Positions 50,275 to 60,248 of a stretch of 64,000 nt of DNA are shown here, in pieces. The DNA is from Squalus acanthias (lineage: Eukaryota), in contig CM059432.1 of NCBI GenBank assembly GCA_030390025.1, positions 87,670,001 to 87,734,000 on the forward strand, written 5' to 3'. The notes under the pieces were generated by a model, which saw only the letters and a list, made by a program, of their open reading frames with translations, was not told the origin of the DNA and did not search any database. The stretch's first letter is position 1. The number at the start of each line of letters is the position of its first letter. The translations under genes were made by a program, and so were the position numbers.

Positions 50275-53200
50275 TTAAATTCTGAGAAGGCTGCTGCGAG
50301 CTCTTCCCGACGGTGGGAGGGCACTGACCCTTCCCTCTGATCTGCCGCAGCCTGTTGCTGCGCTGACCCTTCCCTCTGATCTGCCGCAGCCTGTTACTGC
50401 TGCGATGTGGCCGGTCTGTACCCGGGTTATCTTAACCTGAATTTTACGCCTTGGGGCAGTCTGGGGACATGACCACATCCTCCTGGGCTGGGGTTCTCTA
50501 CTTGACCTACGGGGAGTTGCTATGGGCGGGGGTTCCGTGACGGACGGACCGGGTTCCGAGACCTCCATCGGGATGACCTGGGGTTCCATCACAGTCGCCG
50601 GCTCCGCCTCCGCTGACTCCGCCTCCCTAACCTCGGGGCTGGCAGTTCGTGGCTCCGCCCTGCTCGGCCCAGCAGGCGGGCCTTCACTCGTGATCTCTGC
50701 CTCCCCTGAGGACTGGACGTTCAAAGCGGGCGGCCACATCTCTGGGAGCCACACCGGTACTCTCTGTGCTCCTATAGCGGCTGGCCCTGCCTCCTCTAGC
50801 TCCTCCCTCCTGTCCTCGGGACCTGCAGCTTGTGTGTCCACCCTGTGTGGATCTCTACCTACAGCCCCCATTCCCTCCAGACCGTTCCTCAGGAACCACC
50901 CGTCATCATCACTATGCTCATCTGCACTATCCTCATCTGACCAGGGTACCCTGAGTTCTTCCTCATCTAACCCCCAATTCCAGAAAAACGCTGCGTGATC
51001 GTCCGGGATGTCCCTTCCCCTGATGCAAGCTGCTATGCCTGCCTGTGTGCCTTGTGGTCCTACCTGGGGCTGTGCTTTCCCATTGGCGGGATTTACCCCT
51101 GTAGTTTTCCCCTGCGCACCCGGCTGGTACAGTTTGCATTGGTTTATGTGGAACCACTTAGTGCGCCGAGGTACTTTTACGGCGTAAACCATGGGACTCG
51201 CCTTGTCTACAATGTTGTAGGGTCCCATATACAGTGGTTCCAGACTCCCTACTCTGGCGTAGTTTCTGACCATGACCTGGTCTCCTACTTCCCACTCCCG
51301 CGTTTTGCGGGGTTCCAGCAACAAGCGATTGCCCTGATGCTGCCTTCCCATGTTCCCAGCCGCCTGCTCATAAACTTGCTTCAGGCGCTCCAAGAGAGTC
51401 TGGGCGAACTTGTCCCTGCTTATCTCTTGGAGCTGACCCTCAGTGAGCACCGGTGCTAGCACATGGGTGGGGGTTCGCCTGAGCCTCCCAGTCATTACCT
51501 CGTGCGGGGAGTACCCCGTACTTTTTGACTGGCTGGCCCGGACCCCCATGAGGACTAAAGGCAGAACTTCCGCCCATTTTTGGGGCGAGTTCCTAGTCTC
51601 TTTCCTCAATTTCTCCTTCAGGGTCCGGTTCATACGTTCAACAATCCCGGATGACTGGGGATTGTGTGCTACGTGCCACTTCCCTTCAATGCCCAAAAGC
51701 ATGAGGGTGTTCTGCATCACCTGGCCGGTGAAATGACTTCCTTGGTCTGACTCCACAAAACGGGGAAGTCCCCACCGCGAGAACACTTCCCGGACCAAGA
51801 TTTTTGCTGTACCCAGTGCCGTAGCTGTTCGACAAGGGAAGGCTTCCACCCACTTGGAAAACACATCCACCAGGACGAGGCAGTACTTATAACCCCCCTG
51901 GGTGGTGGGCAGGGGTCCTATATAGTCGATCTGTATCGACTGCCATGGTCCCTCTACCCGTCTTACGTGTCCCATGGGCACCTTCCTTTTCTGGGGGTCT
52001 GGGTTGTTTGCAGCGCACACAAGGCAGTTTGCGCAGAACTCGCGGACTTGTTCCCTGAGCCCTGGCCACCATCCCGCTTGCTCTACCCGTTGCCAGGTAA
52101 CCTCGGGCCCGGGGTGCCCTGCCCCTGGTCCCTCGTGAGCCAACTGGAGGAATTCCCTCCTGTGCTGCTGCGGCACAACCCACTGCTCCTCGCGGAACAG
52201 CATGCCTTCCTTAACTGAGAGGGTTGCCGTACTGTACGGACCTTCTACCTGCCTCCCCTCAGCAATCGTTTTTAGGACTGCTTTTAGGGCGGGATCCTGG
52301 GCTTGGACGGTCTTAAGGTCTAGGGGCAATGCTACCCTGGGGTTCCCGGGATTCCCGTCCCCGCCTCGGACCGCTGCTATGGGTCCGGTCCTATAGGGGT
52401 TCCAGAAAGTGCCGTCGCGGGCACCCTCCCTGGCTAGCGCATCCGCCTGCCGGTTGCCCTCCCCACGGGGCTCTGTGGAGGAGTGAGCTTTCACCTTATG
52501 GATGAAAATCTCTCCTTCCTCCCCTACTGCTGCAGCTAAGATCTTTTCCAGCAAGGGCTTCACCGTTAAAGGTCGCCCGTCCGCGGAGGTGTATCCGCGG
52601 CGGGACCAAATGGCCAGGTATTCCGTACACGAATTGCAGGTGAACATACTGTCCGAGCAAATCGTGTATGGGGTTGGGAAAATGTCTGGGTGGGTCACAA
52701 CGTACACCACGGCAGACAGCTCAGCCTGCTGCGCGCTCATGGTGCTAGGGAGCTTGATCGCCAGGGCAAGGTCTGCCGCAGGGTCATAAACTCCACACCC
52801 TGTGAGTCGCTCGCCAGCAGACACTGTGCTAGACCCATCAACATAAATCTCGCGCCCAGTGGGATGTATCCCGGCCCGTAAACCTATGTTGACGTCCCAC
52901 ACCCCTTCCACCGAACACCGGTGGGCTGTACCGGGGTATACCAAATTGGCCGCAAGCCTGGGCTCGCAAAGACCTTTTACTCTAAGATCCAACTGGGAGA
53001 GAAGAAGGGTCCAACGCGCAATGCGTGCGCTGCTTACGGTCCCGTCTTTAATCCTCCCATCCAGAAGCATCTTAGTTGGTGTGTGATGTGTGAGGAGAGT
53101 GATGGGAGAGAGCCCTGTGAAGATCGCTGATCTTTTCACAGCCCAATGCGTGGCTAAAAGGTGCCTTTCGCAATTGGAGAAACTTCTCTCCACATCCGTT

Positions 53201-54798
53201 AATACCCTGGATGAATAGACAACCGGCCTCAGCTTGCCGTGACGCTCTTGGAGCAGCACGGCGCTTAAGCTGTCTCCGCTGGCAGCTACCTCCAGGAAAA
53301 ACTCCTTCCCCCCATCTATGGCCCCTAAGGCTGGCGCGGTCTGCAGATCCCTCTTTAACTTCTCGAAGGCTGCTTGGCAGCCCTCGTCCCAAAACCACTC
53401 CACCCCCTTATGGAGGAGTCGGAGGAGCGGCGCCGCTGTGGCCGCATAATCTTCGATAAAATCCCTGCAGTAACCGGTCAGTCCCAAGAAGGACCTCACA
53501 CCCCTCACGTTGTTGGGAATCGGTAATTCTTGCACCGACTCCCTCCTTGCTTTGTCTATGGCTCTTTCCCCAGCGCGTATGGTCAGTCCCAGGAATTTTA
53601 CTTCCCGCTGACCGATACGTGCTTTCTTAGGGTTTATTTTAAAACCCTTTCTCGCTAACAGCTCCAATAACTCGTCCAGCAGTGGTCCGTGCTCCTCCCT
53701 TGAGTCCGTAAATAGGAGCAAATCATCCACATACTGTACTATCTGATTGGGCTGACTAAACTCCTTTAAACTTCCTGCCATACACTGATGAAAAATACTG
53801 GGGCTATTGTGGAAACCCTGTGGCAGACAGTTCCACGTGTACTGTTGCCCTTTGAAAGTAAAAGCAAACTTGTACTGGTCCTCTCGCCGCAGCGGGATGG
53901 ACCAAAAACCGTTCGAGATATCCAGCACCGTGAACGTGGTCGCGGACGCTGGGATGCTCCCTATTAGGTCAGCAACTGCTGCTACTGTGGGCGCGCAGGC
54001 GGGAATGTTACTGTTAAGGACTCTGTAGTCCACCGTGGCTCTCCACGAATTATCCGGCTTCCTAACCGGCCATAATGGGGAGTTCACGTGTGTGGCTATC
54101 GGCCTCAACACGCCCTGCTGCACCAAGGAAGACATTGCTGTCTCCATATCTGATTCTGCTTCTTTGGGGAAGTTATACTGCTTTTGGGGTCGGGTCATGG
54201 GGTCCCCATCTACGCTGACCTCAAACCCGACCACTCTCCCACAATCGTGCTTGTGGGTTGCAAACGCGTGCATATTATCTGACACGTACGTTTGCATGTC
54301 CGTTGGGACATCTGCGACCATAAGCCTGAGGTCGTAGCCTCCGGATGGCTGTACGGTACACAGGACCCCTGTTTCTTCCTCCCCCGGAATCACTATTACC
54401 TCGCCTTTTTCACCTTTAGCTCCCCAGAGACAGTGATTTCTGAGGTCCACGAGGATCCCGTGTCCCGCTAGGAGATCGGACCCGAGAATACCTCTTCCAC
54501 CCCCCTTTTGCCATGCCATCAGTATACACTTCCACTTAAGGCGAAGTGTTCCTAAACGAATGGATAGCGGAAGGGAAAACGTGCCAGCCTGTTCTTTTCC
54601 TGTGAACCCTGCTAACGTGAATGGGACCTTGGTAGATAGCGGCGAGTCAAAAGGGTTATCTGTATGGATTATGGTGCAAGAAGCTCCCGTGTCCAACAAA
54701 TAACTACCCTTCTGTTTCTCTACCTCCATCTCCACCACAGGTCGCCTCCACGCATCATAGCTAAGCGGACACAGGTAGACGGGCTGTGCTGGTTCTAG
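50275..54798 (-). CDS. pol: Pol: protease, RT, tether, RNase H, integrase, long C-terminal extension
   Basis: LLDTGAS; LPQGF and YVDD; YVDGSS...SAQQAEL...SDS...HKVKAH...GNRQAD; HHCC, IDYIGP, SDQGSHF, VERMN, GPY; frame is open from the gag stop. Confidence 0.96.
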   Translation of the reverse strand, partial: LEPAQPVYLCPLSYDAWRRPVVEMEVEKQKGSYLLDTGASCTIIHTDNPFDSPLSTKVPFTLAGFTGKEQAGTFSLPLSIRLGTLRLKWKCILMAWQKGGGRGILGSDLLAGHGILVDLRNHCLWGAKGEKGEVIVIPGEEETGVLCTVQPSGGYDLRLMVADVPTDMQTYVSDNMHAFATHKHDCGRVVGFEVSVDGDPMTRPQKQYNFPKEAESDMETAMSSLVQQGVLRPIATHVNSPLWPVRKPDNSWRATVDYRVLNSNIPACAPTVAAVADLIGSIPASATTFTVLDISNGFWSIPLRREDQYKFAFTFKGQQYTWNCLPQGFHNSPSIFHQCMAGSLKEFSQPNQIVQYVDDLLLFTDSREEHGPLLDELLELLARKGFKINPKKARIGQREVKFLGLTIRAGERAIDKARRESVQELPIPNNVRGVRSFLGLTGYCRDFIEDYAATAAPLLRLLHKGVEWFWDEGCQAAFEKLKRDLQTAPALGAIDGGKEFFLEVAASGDSLSAVLLQERHGKLRPVVYSSRVLTDVERSFSNCERHLLATHWAVKRSAIFTGLSPITLLTHHTPTKMLLDGRIKDGTVSSARIARWTLLLSQLDLRVKGLCEPRLAANLVYPGTAHRCSVEGVWDVNIGLRAGIHPTGREIYVDGSSTVSAGERLTGCGVYDPAADLALAIKLPSTMSAQQAELSAVVYVVTHPDIFPTPYTICSDSMFTCNSCTEYLAIWSRRGYTSADGRPLTVKPLLEKILAAAVGEEGEIFIHKVKAHSSTEPRGEGNRQADALAREGARDGTFWNPYRTGPIAAVRGGDGNPGNPRVALPLDLKTVQAQDPALKAVLKTIAEGRQVEGPYSTATLSVKEGMLFREEQWVVPQQHRREFLQLAHEGPGAGHPGPEVTWQRVEQAGWWPGLREQVREFCANCLVCAANNPDPQKRKVPMGHVRRVEGPWQSIQIDYIGPLPTTQGGYKYCLVLVDVFSKWVEAFPCRTATALGTAKILVREVFSRWGLPRFVESDQGSHFTGQVMQNTLMLLGIEGKWHVAHNPQSSGIVERMNRTLKEKLRKETRNSPQKWAEVLPLVLMGVRASQSKSTGYSPHEVMTGRLRRTPTHVLAPVLTEGQLQEISRDKFAQTLLERLKQVYEQAAGNMGRQHQGNRLLLEPRKTREWEVGDQVMVRNYARVGSLEPLYMGPYNIVDKASPMVYAVKVPRRTKWFHINQCKLYQPGAQGKTTGVNPANGKAQPQVGPQGTQAGIAACIRGRDIPDDHAAFFWNWGLDEEELRVPWSDEDSADEHSDDDGWFLRNGLEGMGAVGRDPHRVDTQAAGPEDRREELEEAGPAAIGAQRVPVWLPEMWPPALNVQSSGEAEITSEGPPAGPSRAEPRTASPEVREAESAEAEPATVMEPQVIPMEVSEPGPSVTEPPPIATPRRSSREPQPRRMWSCPQTAPRRKIQVKITRVQTGHIAAVTGCGRSEGRVSAATGCGRSEGRVSALPPSGRARSSLLRI

Positions 54799-56610
54799 TC
54801 ATGGGGTACTATTAGACGGTCCTGCGGCACCTACGGGGCCGGTTGCGACCGCCACCTGTCCACGCGCATTCAAGACCAGCTTGCGCATGGCTCCTAACAC
54901 TGCTTCGAGGTCGTCGGGAGGGGTGGGTGCCTTGGCTTCCTTAGCCGGGACAGGCGCCTGGGCTCGGACCGCGGGATTTTTATCCTTGGAATCCTTCCAA
55001 GGGTTCCTGCAATGCTTGCGCCAGTGCCCTGTCTTCCCACACCCGTAACAAGCATTACTTGCCTGTGGGGCGCGATTACCCTCCTGATGCCACTCTCTTT
55101 GATACGGGGCTGCGGGTCGTACCTCATGTACTCTTCCCTTAAGGGGACGTGTTGCCATACCCCTTATATTGCGATAACCTAACGTGAGTCGATTCAAGAC
55201 CGACTCTTCCGTAATGTTGGGGTCATTGGGATCAAACCATGCTTTTGCCTGCTCTCTGACGGCTGGTAAACTGTTGGCTATTATGCACCTAAGCCAATGA
55301 GTTAAAGCTAAACCTTCCACATCTTCGCGCTCGGGCGCACCTAGACAGCTGCGCTCATATACTGGCCACAGCCTGTCGGCAAAAACCTTCGGGGGTTCTC
55401 CCTCCATCTGCACTGTCTGTCCCACTCTAGCAAACGGACCTTCGTCGTTCGCCCCCAACACTTCTAGGACCTCATTCTTTAATTCCTCATAACTCTTGGT
55501 TCCCCTCTTGCTCTCGCCTGAGAGACACTGAAGGACCGAGCTGTCTAATGAGAACAGCAGCATTTTTGCTGTCTCCCCATCATCGCAGCCGTTAATGGCT
55601 GCGGCTTGCTCAACTTCTCTGAAATGTACGGAAGGGTCGTCTACCTCGGTCAGCTTCCGTACGTGATTTATCATAGCTCTCAGCTGATGTGAACTGTGAG
55701 GCAACACCAGCTGTCCGAGGAGATCCCCCGGTTCTTCCCCACCGTTTCTGCTTGGGCCCCTTTTAATACCCGTTACTGGATACAACGATCCCTTTTCTAC
55801 TTCCTTTTCAATGGGCTCTTTTGTTTCTTCCATTGCTTCCTCCCTAACCCAGGTTTCTGAATAGCTGGGTGGCGCGGAGGGCGCAGTGGCTACTACTTCT
55901 TCTGCTTTACTTGGTGGGGATTTTCTAAATCTCTCATTTACTAGCGGCTGGTGCGCCGACGGATTGATAAGGCACACCATGCCGTTCGCATTGTTCACGG
56001 CCTTTTTGAGGTGCTCTATCTCCCTTTGGCAGGCGCTATGATCGGCTCCCTGAAACTTATCCTCAAGGGCCAACTTATATGCCGCCCTAACCCCCATCAA
56101 GCTTTCTTCTTGAGTTCTTATCTGGGCAGCTTGGCGGTTACATCTTTCCTTTAACCTGCTCTCATTCAATTTTGCCTCAGTGACCTGGCACTCGAGATAA
56201 TCTATCCTTGTTTTAAGGTGACTGGAGACTTCCTGGCTTTCTTGGTGTAACTCATTTAAATTCTTAATGAGCACCTCCCCTCCAGAAACCTTCTCCTCCA
56301 TTTCTCCCTCTAAATGACTGATTCGAGCTACTAGCGCTGTAATGGTCTGGTTTGAAATCTGAACCTGCCTTTTGTAACACATAAGCCAGACTGCTTTCTC
56401 AAGTGTCTTTCTATGTTCTTTACTATCTGTCCACCTTTCAGCTGCCTCTAGTGGGCTCTTATCCGCTAACAATTCACTTATCCATTTCTTAGTTAGATTA
56501 ACCTTTCCAAACACATAATCCGCTATCTTTTCCTGCATAACATTTCGTACAGTCATTCCAAAATCTAACACACTACCCTCTCGCTGCCAGTGTCCTGCCG
56601 CGGTCGCCAT
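54799..56610 (-). CDS. gag: Gag, 603 aa
   Basis: ATG at 56610; N-terminal coiled coil; PSAPPSY; CCHC knuckle CYGCGKTGHWRKHC at 55009-55050. Confidence 0.92.
   Translation of the reverse strand: MATAAGHWQREGSVLDFGMTVRNVMQEKIADYVFGKVNLTKKWISELLADKSPLEAAERWTDSKEHRKTLEKAVWLMCYKRQVQISNQTITALVARISHLEGEMEEKVSGGEVLIKNLNELHQESQEVSSHLKTRIDYLECQVTEAKLNESRLKERCNRQAAQIRTQEESLMGVRAAYKLALEDKFQGADHSACQREIEHLKKAVNNANGMVCLINPSAHQPLVNERFRKSPPSKAEEVVATAPSAPPSYSETWVREEAMEETKEPIEKEVEKGSLYPVTGIKRGPSRNGGEEPGDLLGQLVLPHSSHQLRAMINHVRKLTEVDDPSVHFREVEQAAAINGCDDGETAKMLLFSLDSSVLQCLSGESKRGTKSYEELKNEVLEVLGANDEGPFARVGQTVQMEGEPPKVFADRLWPVYERSCLGAPEREDVEGLALTHWLRCIIANSLPAVREQAKAWFDPNDPNITEESVLNRLTLGYRNIRGMATRPLKGRVHEVRPAAPYQREWHQEGNRAPQASNACYGCGKTGHWRKHCRNPWKDSKDKNPAVRAQAPVPAKEAKAPTPPDDLEAVLGAMRKLVLNARGQVAVATGPVGAAGPSNSTP
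56592..56609 (-). promoter_or_regulatory. Primer-binding site, tRNA-Ser-like
   Basis: TGGCGACCGCGGCAGGAC starts 5 nt after the 5' LTR; partial match to the tRNA-Ser complement TGGCGTAGTCGGCAGGAT (recalled, not searched). Confidence 0.65.
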
Positions 56611-56614
56611 TTTC

Positions 56615-58269
56615 TGTAAGGGATTCCTGACCCTGCGTGTCTCGCAGCCTGTGAGATTCACGCGGCTCTGTGCAGCCTGTATGTCAGTGCGGGTCTAGGC
56701 CTTGTTGCCTGTTCTGGTCTCCAGCCAGTCTGGGAACACTAGACACACCTGTGAGTGGTTCGAATCACTCTCCCTTACGGTTCTAGACACTGGACTTAGA
56801 TGCGAGAGCAGTAATGGAGATAAAACTCATGTAGACTTGGTTTGAATGGTACGAAATGGAAAATCTTTATTGCATGATACTTAAAATTATGAAATACATG
56901 TCATAAGCACAGATTAATGACAGTACAATCTTACAAACAGTTATATAGTCGATCTTAGGGAAACGAGGAACGAACGGCACAAAGTAAATAGGGGCACACA
57001 TTACAAATATCCTTAATCCTTAAACCCTCCCCTATCAATATCTATCCTAAACTAGATTCGTAGGATTTCGAGACTCATGCTCACCACTCGTGATAACTCG
57101 GAGAAATTCCGAATAGCTGATCGGATGTTTTTCACCGCAGCACCCACGTGTCGGTCAGGAGATCTCCTGGTCCCACTTGTTTACTTGCTTCTGCTGCTCC
57201 GGCTAGCAGGCTGGACCGTCTGCTGTGATGAAGACCTGTGTTGGTTGGTTTAACAGGTACTCTTCGAGCACAGTTATCGATATCGTCGATACGATATGTT
57301 TCCTTGCAAGTTCAAAGAAGTCTTCCTGGCGAGGAAAACTTGGCTAATCGACCTACAGGCGCGGTCGGGATTTACTGACCGTGGCGATGGATATGGTCTT
57401 CCTCTCTTCTCATCTCATCTCATCTCATCTCGGGCCTTCGGTTCCGCTGCCAGTTACCAACATAGGTCTTCGTTACGCGACACGAGGTAGATCCGAACGG
57501 ATCAGAAAGTTCAACAGTCTTTTCAGAAGAGGCAACAGGCGAGCAGGAGCGAGCCCAGCTACGAGTACACAGGAGCAGCCACGAGGTTACGAATCGACCG
57601 GATAAAAGCACAGGAGCCAGAGAGCAAGAGCAAGAGAGCGAATGGACGGTTTGGAGCCTGCAATTATAGTGCAAAATCTTCCGTTTTCCCGCCCAACTAT
57701 AATGTCCATTCTTTTGTTTAGGGTTTGGCGCCCAAATGTCTTGTATGGGTGATCTCCGTTCTTAATGGGTTTCGGGGCTACTCGTAAATGTCTGAGTACC
57801 TGTTAATATTTCTCCCATTGTTAAATCGGTCGGTGTTCTCCCTGGAGGGGTTTGGGGCTTCCAAGTGTCCTGTATAACTACCTGCTAACGGCTCTCTCAT
57901 CGTAGAGTCGTTGGGATTTTACATATTAATGTCTTTTGGATGGGCCCTTGATTACTCGGTACAATGGCTTTCCTTTGTACCTGGGAGACCGATTTCAGTA
58001 TCTATGTTTATACTGCAAACCCATAATGTCTCGTGTATTATCTTCACTGTGCTGAATCTTAATCGATCTTGCACAAATGTTTATTGGAACGCCATCTTGT
58101 CTGCCTGTTGAAAAGTCTAGAATGTTCTGTCACGAGGTGCGGCGGCCATTTTACAGGCTGCTTGTGTCCACTTTAAACCTGCCAGCATTCTGCTGAAATA
58201 AAAGCTGTTTGAACGAAACTCTGTGTTTTCTCCTTATTAACAAAATCGCGATATATTGCGAATTCTACA
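56615..58269 (-). repeat. 5' LTR (1655 bp)
   Basis: Direct repeat of 45500-47154; TATAA near 57664-57668 and AATAAA at 56866-56871 on the minus strand. Confidence 0.98.
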
Positions 58270-59700
58270 GCTGCCATGACTCTTACATCCTGCGCCAGTC
58301 CACAGTCCCTCAGCTCTTCACACCGCCAAACGAATTTTCCGGCTGGCTCCTTGGAGACAAGGGCTATCCCCTGAAGACGTGGCTAATGACACTGTTGAGG
58401 AAGTCCTCAAACGAGTCTGAGGAGCGCTACAATCAAAGCCACATTTCCACCCGATCTCTCATAGAGCAAACAATAGGGTTGCTCAAAATGTGCTTCAGAT
58501 GCCTGGACAGATCTGGTGGAGCCCTTCAGTATGCACCAGCCAGGGTGTCCAGAATCGTCATTGTCTGCTGCACCCTGCACAACATTGCACTGCAGCGAGA
58601 ATTAGCGTTGCCTGAGGAACAAGTGGCAGAGTGCACAGCCTCTTCAGAGGAGAAGGAGGAGGAGGAGGAGGAGGATGAGCAGAATGAGGGTCAGCAAGAG
58701 GAAGACCTGGAGAAGGTGGCTGCCCCAGTGTGACCAGCTCGCGAGCACATTGCTGCCTGTGATGCCAGGGATGGCCTAATCATTGCCAGATTCACATAAC
58801 TTTATGCAGCACACACATGTGGCTGCCGCATACACATGAAGGATGGCATTACCACACTGCCACACCATAGAGCATCTGTATAATGAACTGTTCAATCGTT
58901 GCACTGTCACCACCATTGCTGGAAAATAAAGGCACCCTTACCCAAACTTGATGGGCCGAATGGCCTCCTTCTGTGCCGTTATGACTCTATATGACTCTTT
59001 GGCCCTTGTCTGCGCCACCTCAATTTGTGATCATACATATGGCAACCACATCAATCATTCACAATACATTACTTTATTACAACAAAATAAAAGAATTGAG
59101 ACTTAGCATTCATTTATAGGAAAATACCCAAGTGACTATCCTAGTGCCTATTTATGTGTGAGCTTTCTTTTACGTGTGCTTGTACGAGGTGCTACCCCTG
59201 TGGCTTCACCAGATGTAGAGGCAGGCTGCTCACTTCCCTGCTGCGCCTGCTTAGACACCTTTGGCGGTCGTCCTCTGGGTTTTGGAGCCTTTGAGGGCCC
59301 CGCCAAAGTCTGCTCTTCCTGCAGCTGTGCAGGGGCAGACTCGGCTATCACTGTTCAGGGAGGCATATGGGGATCTGACCGAGGGGTTGGCAAAGAGGAG
59401 GAAGTTGGAGCACTTGAAGAGGAGCCCCCACTTCCATGTCCCCTCCAACCATCATCCCTCTCATGGGCCACCCGCACTTCTCTACTAGCAAGTAGCTGGA
59501 GAGCACCTTGCTGCACATCAGTGGGGCCATGAGGACCCATGTCTATATTGACATTCCTCATAACAAGGACGTCTATGAACCTCTGGTTTCTCTCCTCAAT
59601 AGATGCCCATCTATTTAGAAGTGTTACCATGTTCTCCTGAGTCTAGCGACTTATGTCCTCCATGGAGGTGGCCATCCTTTCCATGGCAGAAGCTACAGTT

Positions 59701-60248
59701 TAAAAAAAAATTCGTTTATGGGGTGTGGGCATCGCTGGCAAGGCCAGCATTTATTGCCCATCCCTAATTGCCCTTGAGAAGGTGGTGGTGAGCCGCCTTC
59801 TTGAACCGCTGCAGTCCGTGTGGTGAAGGTACTCCCACAGTGCTGTTAGGTAGGGAGTTCCAGGATTTTGACCCAGCGACGATGAAGGATCAGCGATATA
59901 CCTCTAAGTCAGGATGGTGTGTGACTTGGAGGGGAACTTGGAGGTGATGGTGTTGCCATGCGCCTGCTGCCCTTGTCCTTCTAGGTGGAAGAGGTTGCGG
60001 GTTTGAGAGGTGCTGCCGAAGAAGCCTTGGCGAGTTGCTGCAGTGCATCTTGTAGATGGTACACACTGCAGCCACGGTATGCCGGTGGTGGAGGAAGTGA
60101 ATGTTTAAGGTGGTGGATGGGGTGCCAATCAAGCGGGCTGCTTTGTCCTGGATGGTGTCGAGCTTCTTGAGTGTTGTTGGAGCTGCACTCATCCAGGCAA
60201 ATGGAGAGTATTCCATCACACTCCTTACTTGTGCCTTGTAGATGGTGG
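59701..60248 (-). mobile_element. 3' fragment of the LINE family at 39833-43132
   Basis: ORF 59890-60219 is homologous to ORF 42515-43120; same tail plus an A-rich junction. Confidence 0.9.

Larger units (their letters stand above)
45500..58269 (-). mobile_element. Intact endogenous retrovirus, lokiretrovirus-like (LTR-gag-pol-env-LTR, 12770 bp)
   Basis: TG...CA LTRs; GCTG duplication at 45496-45499 and 58270-58273; three long uninterrupted ORFs. Confidence 0.95.

Noticed and set aside
56611..56661. ORF-track extension of gag into the LTR
   Set aside because: Non-ATG start inside U5; the first ATG is at 56610
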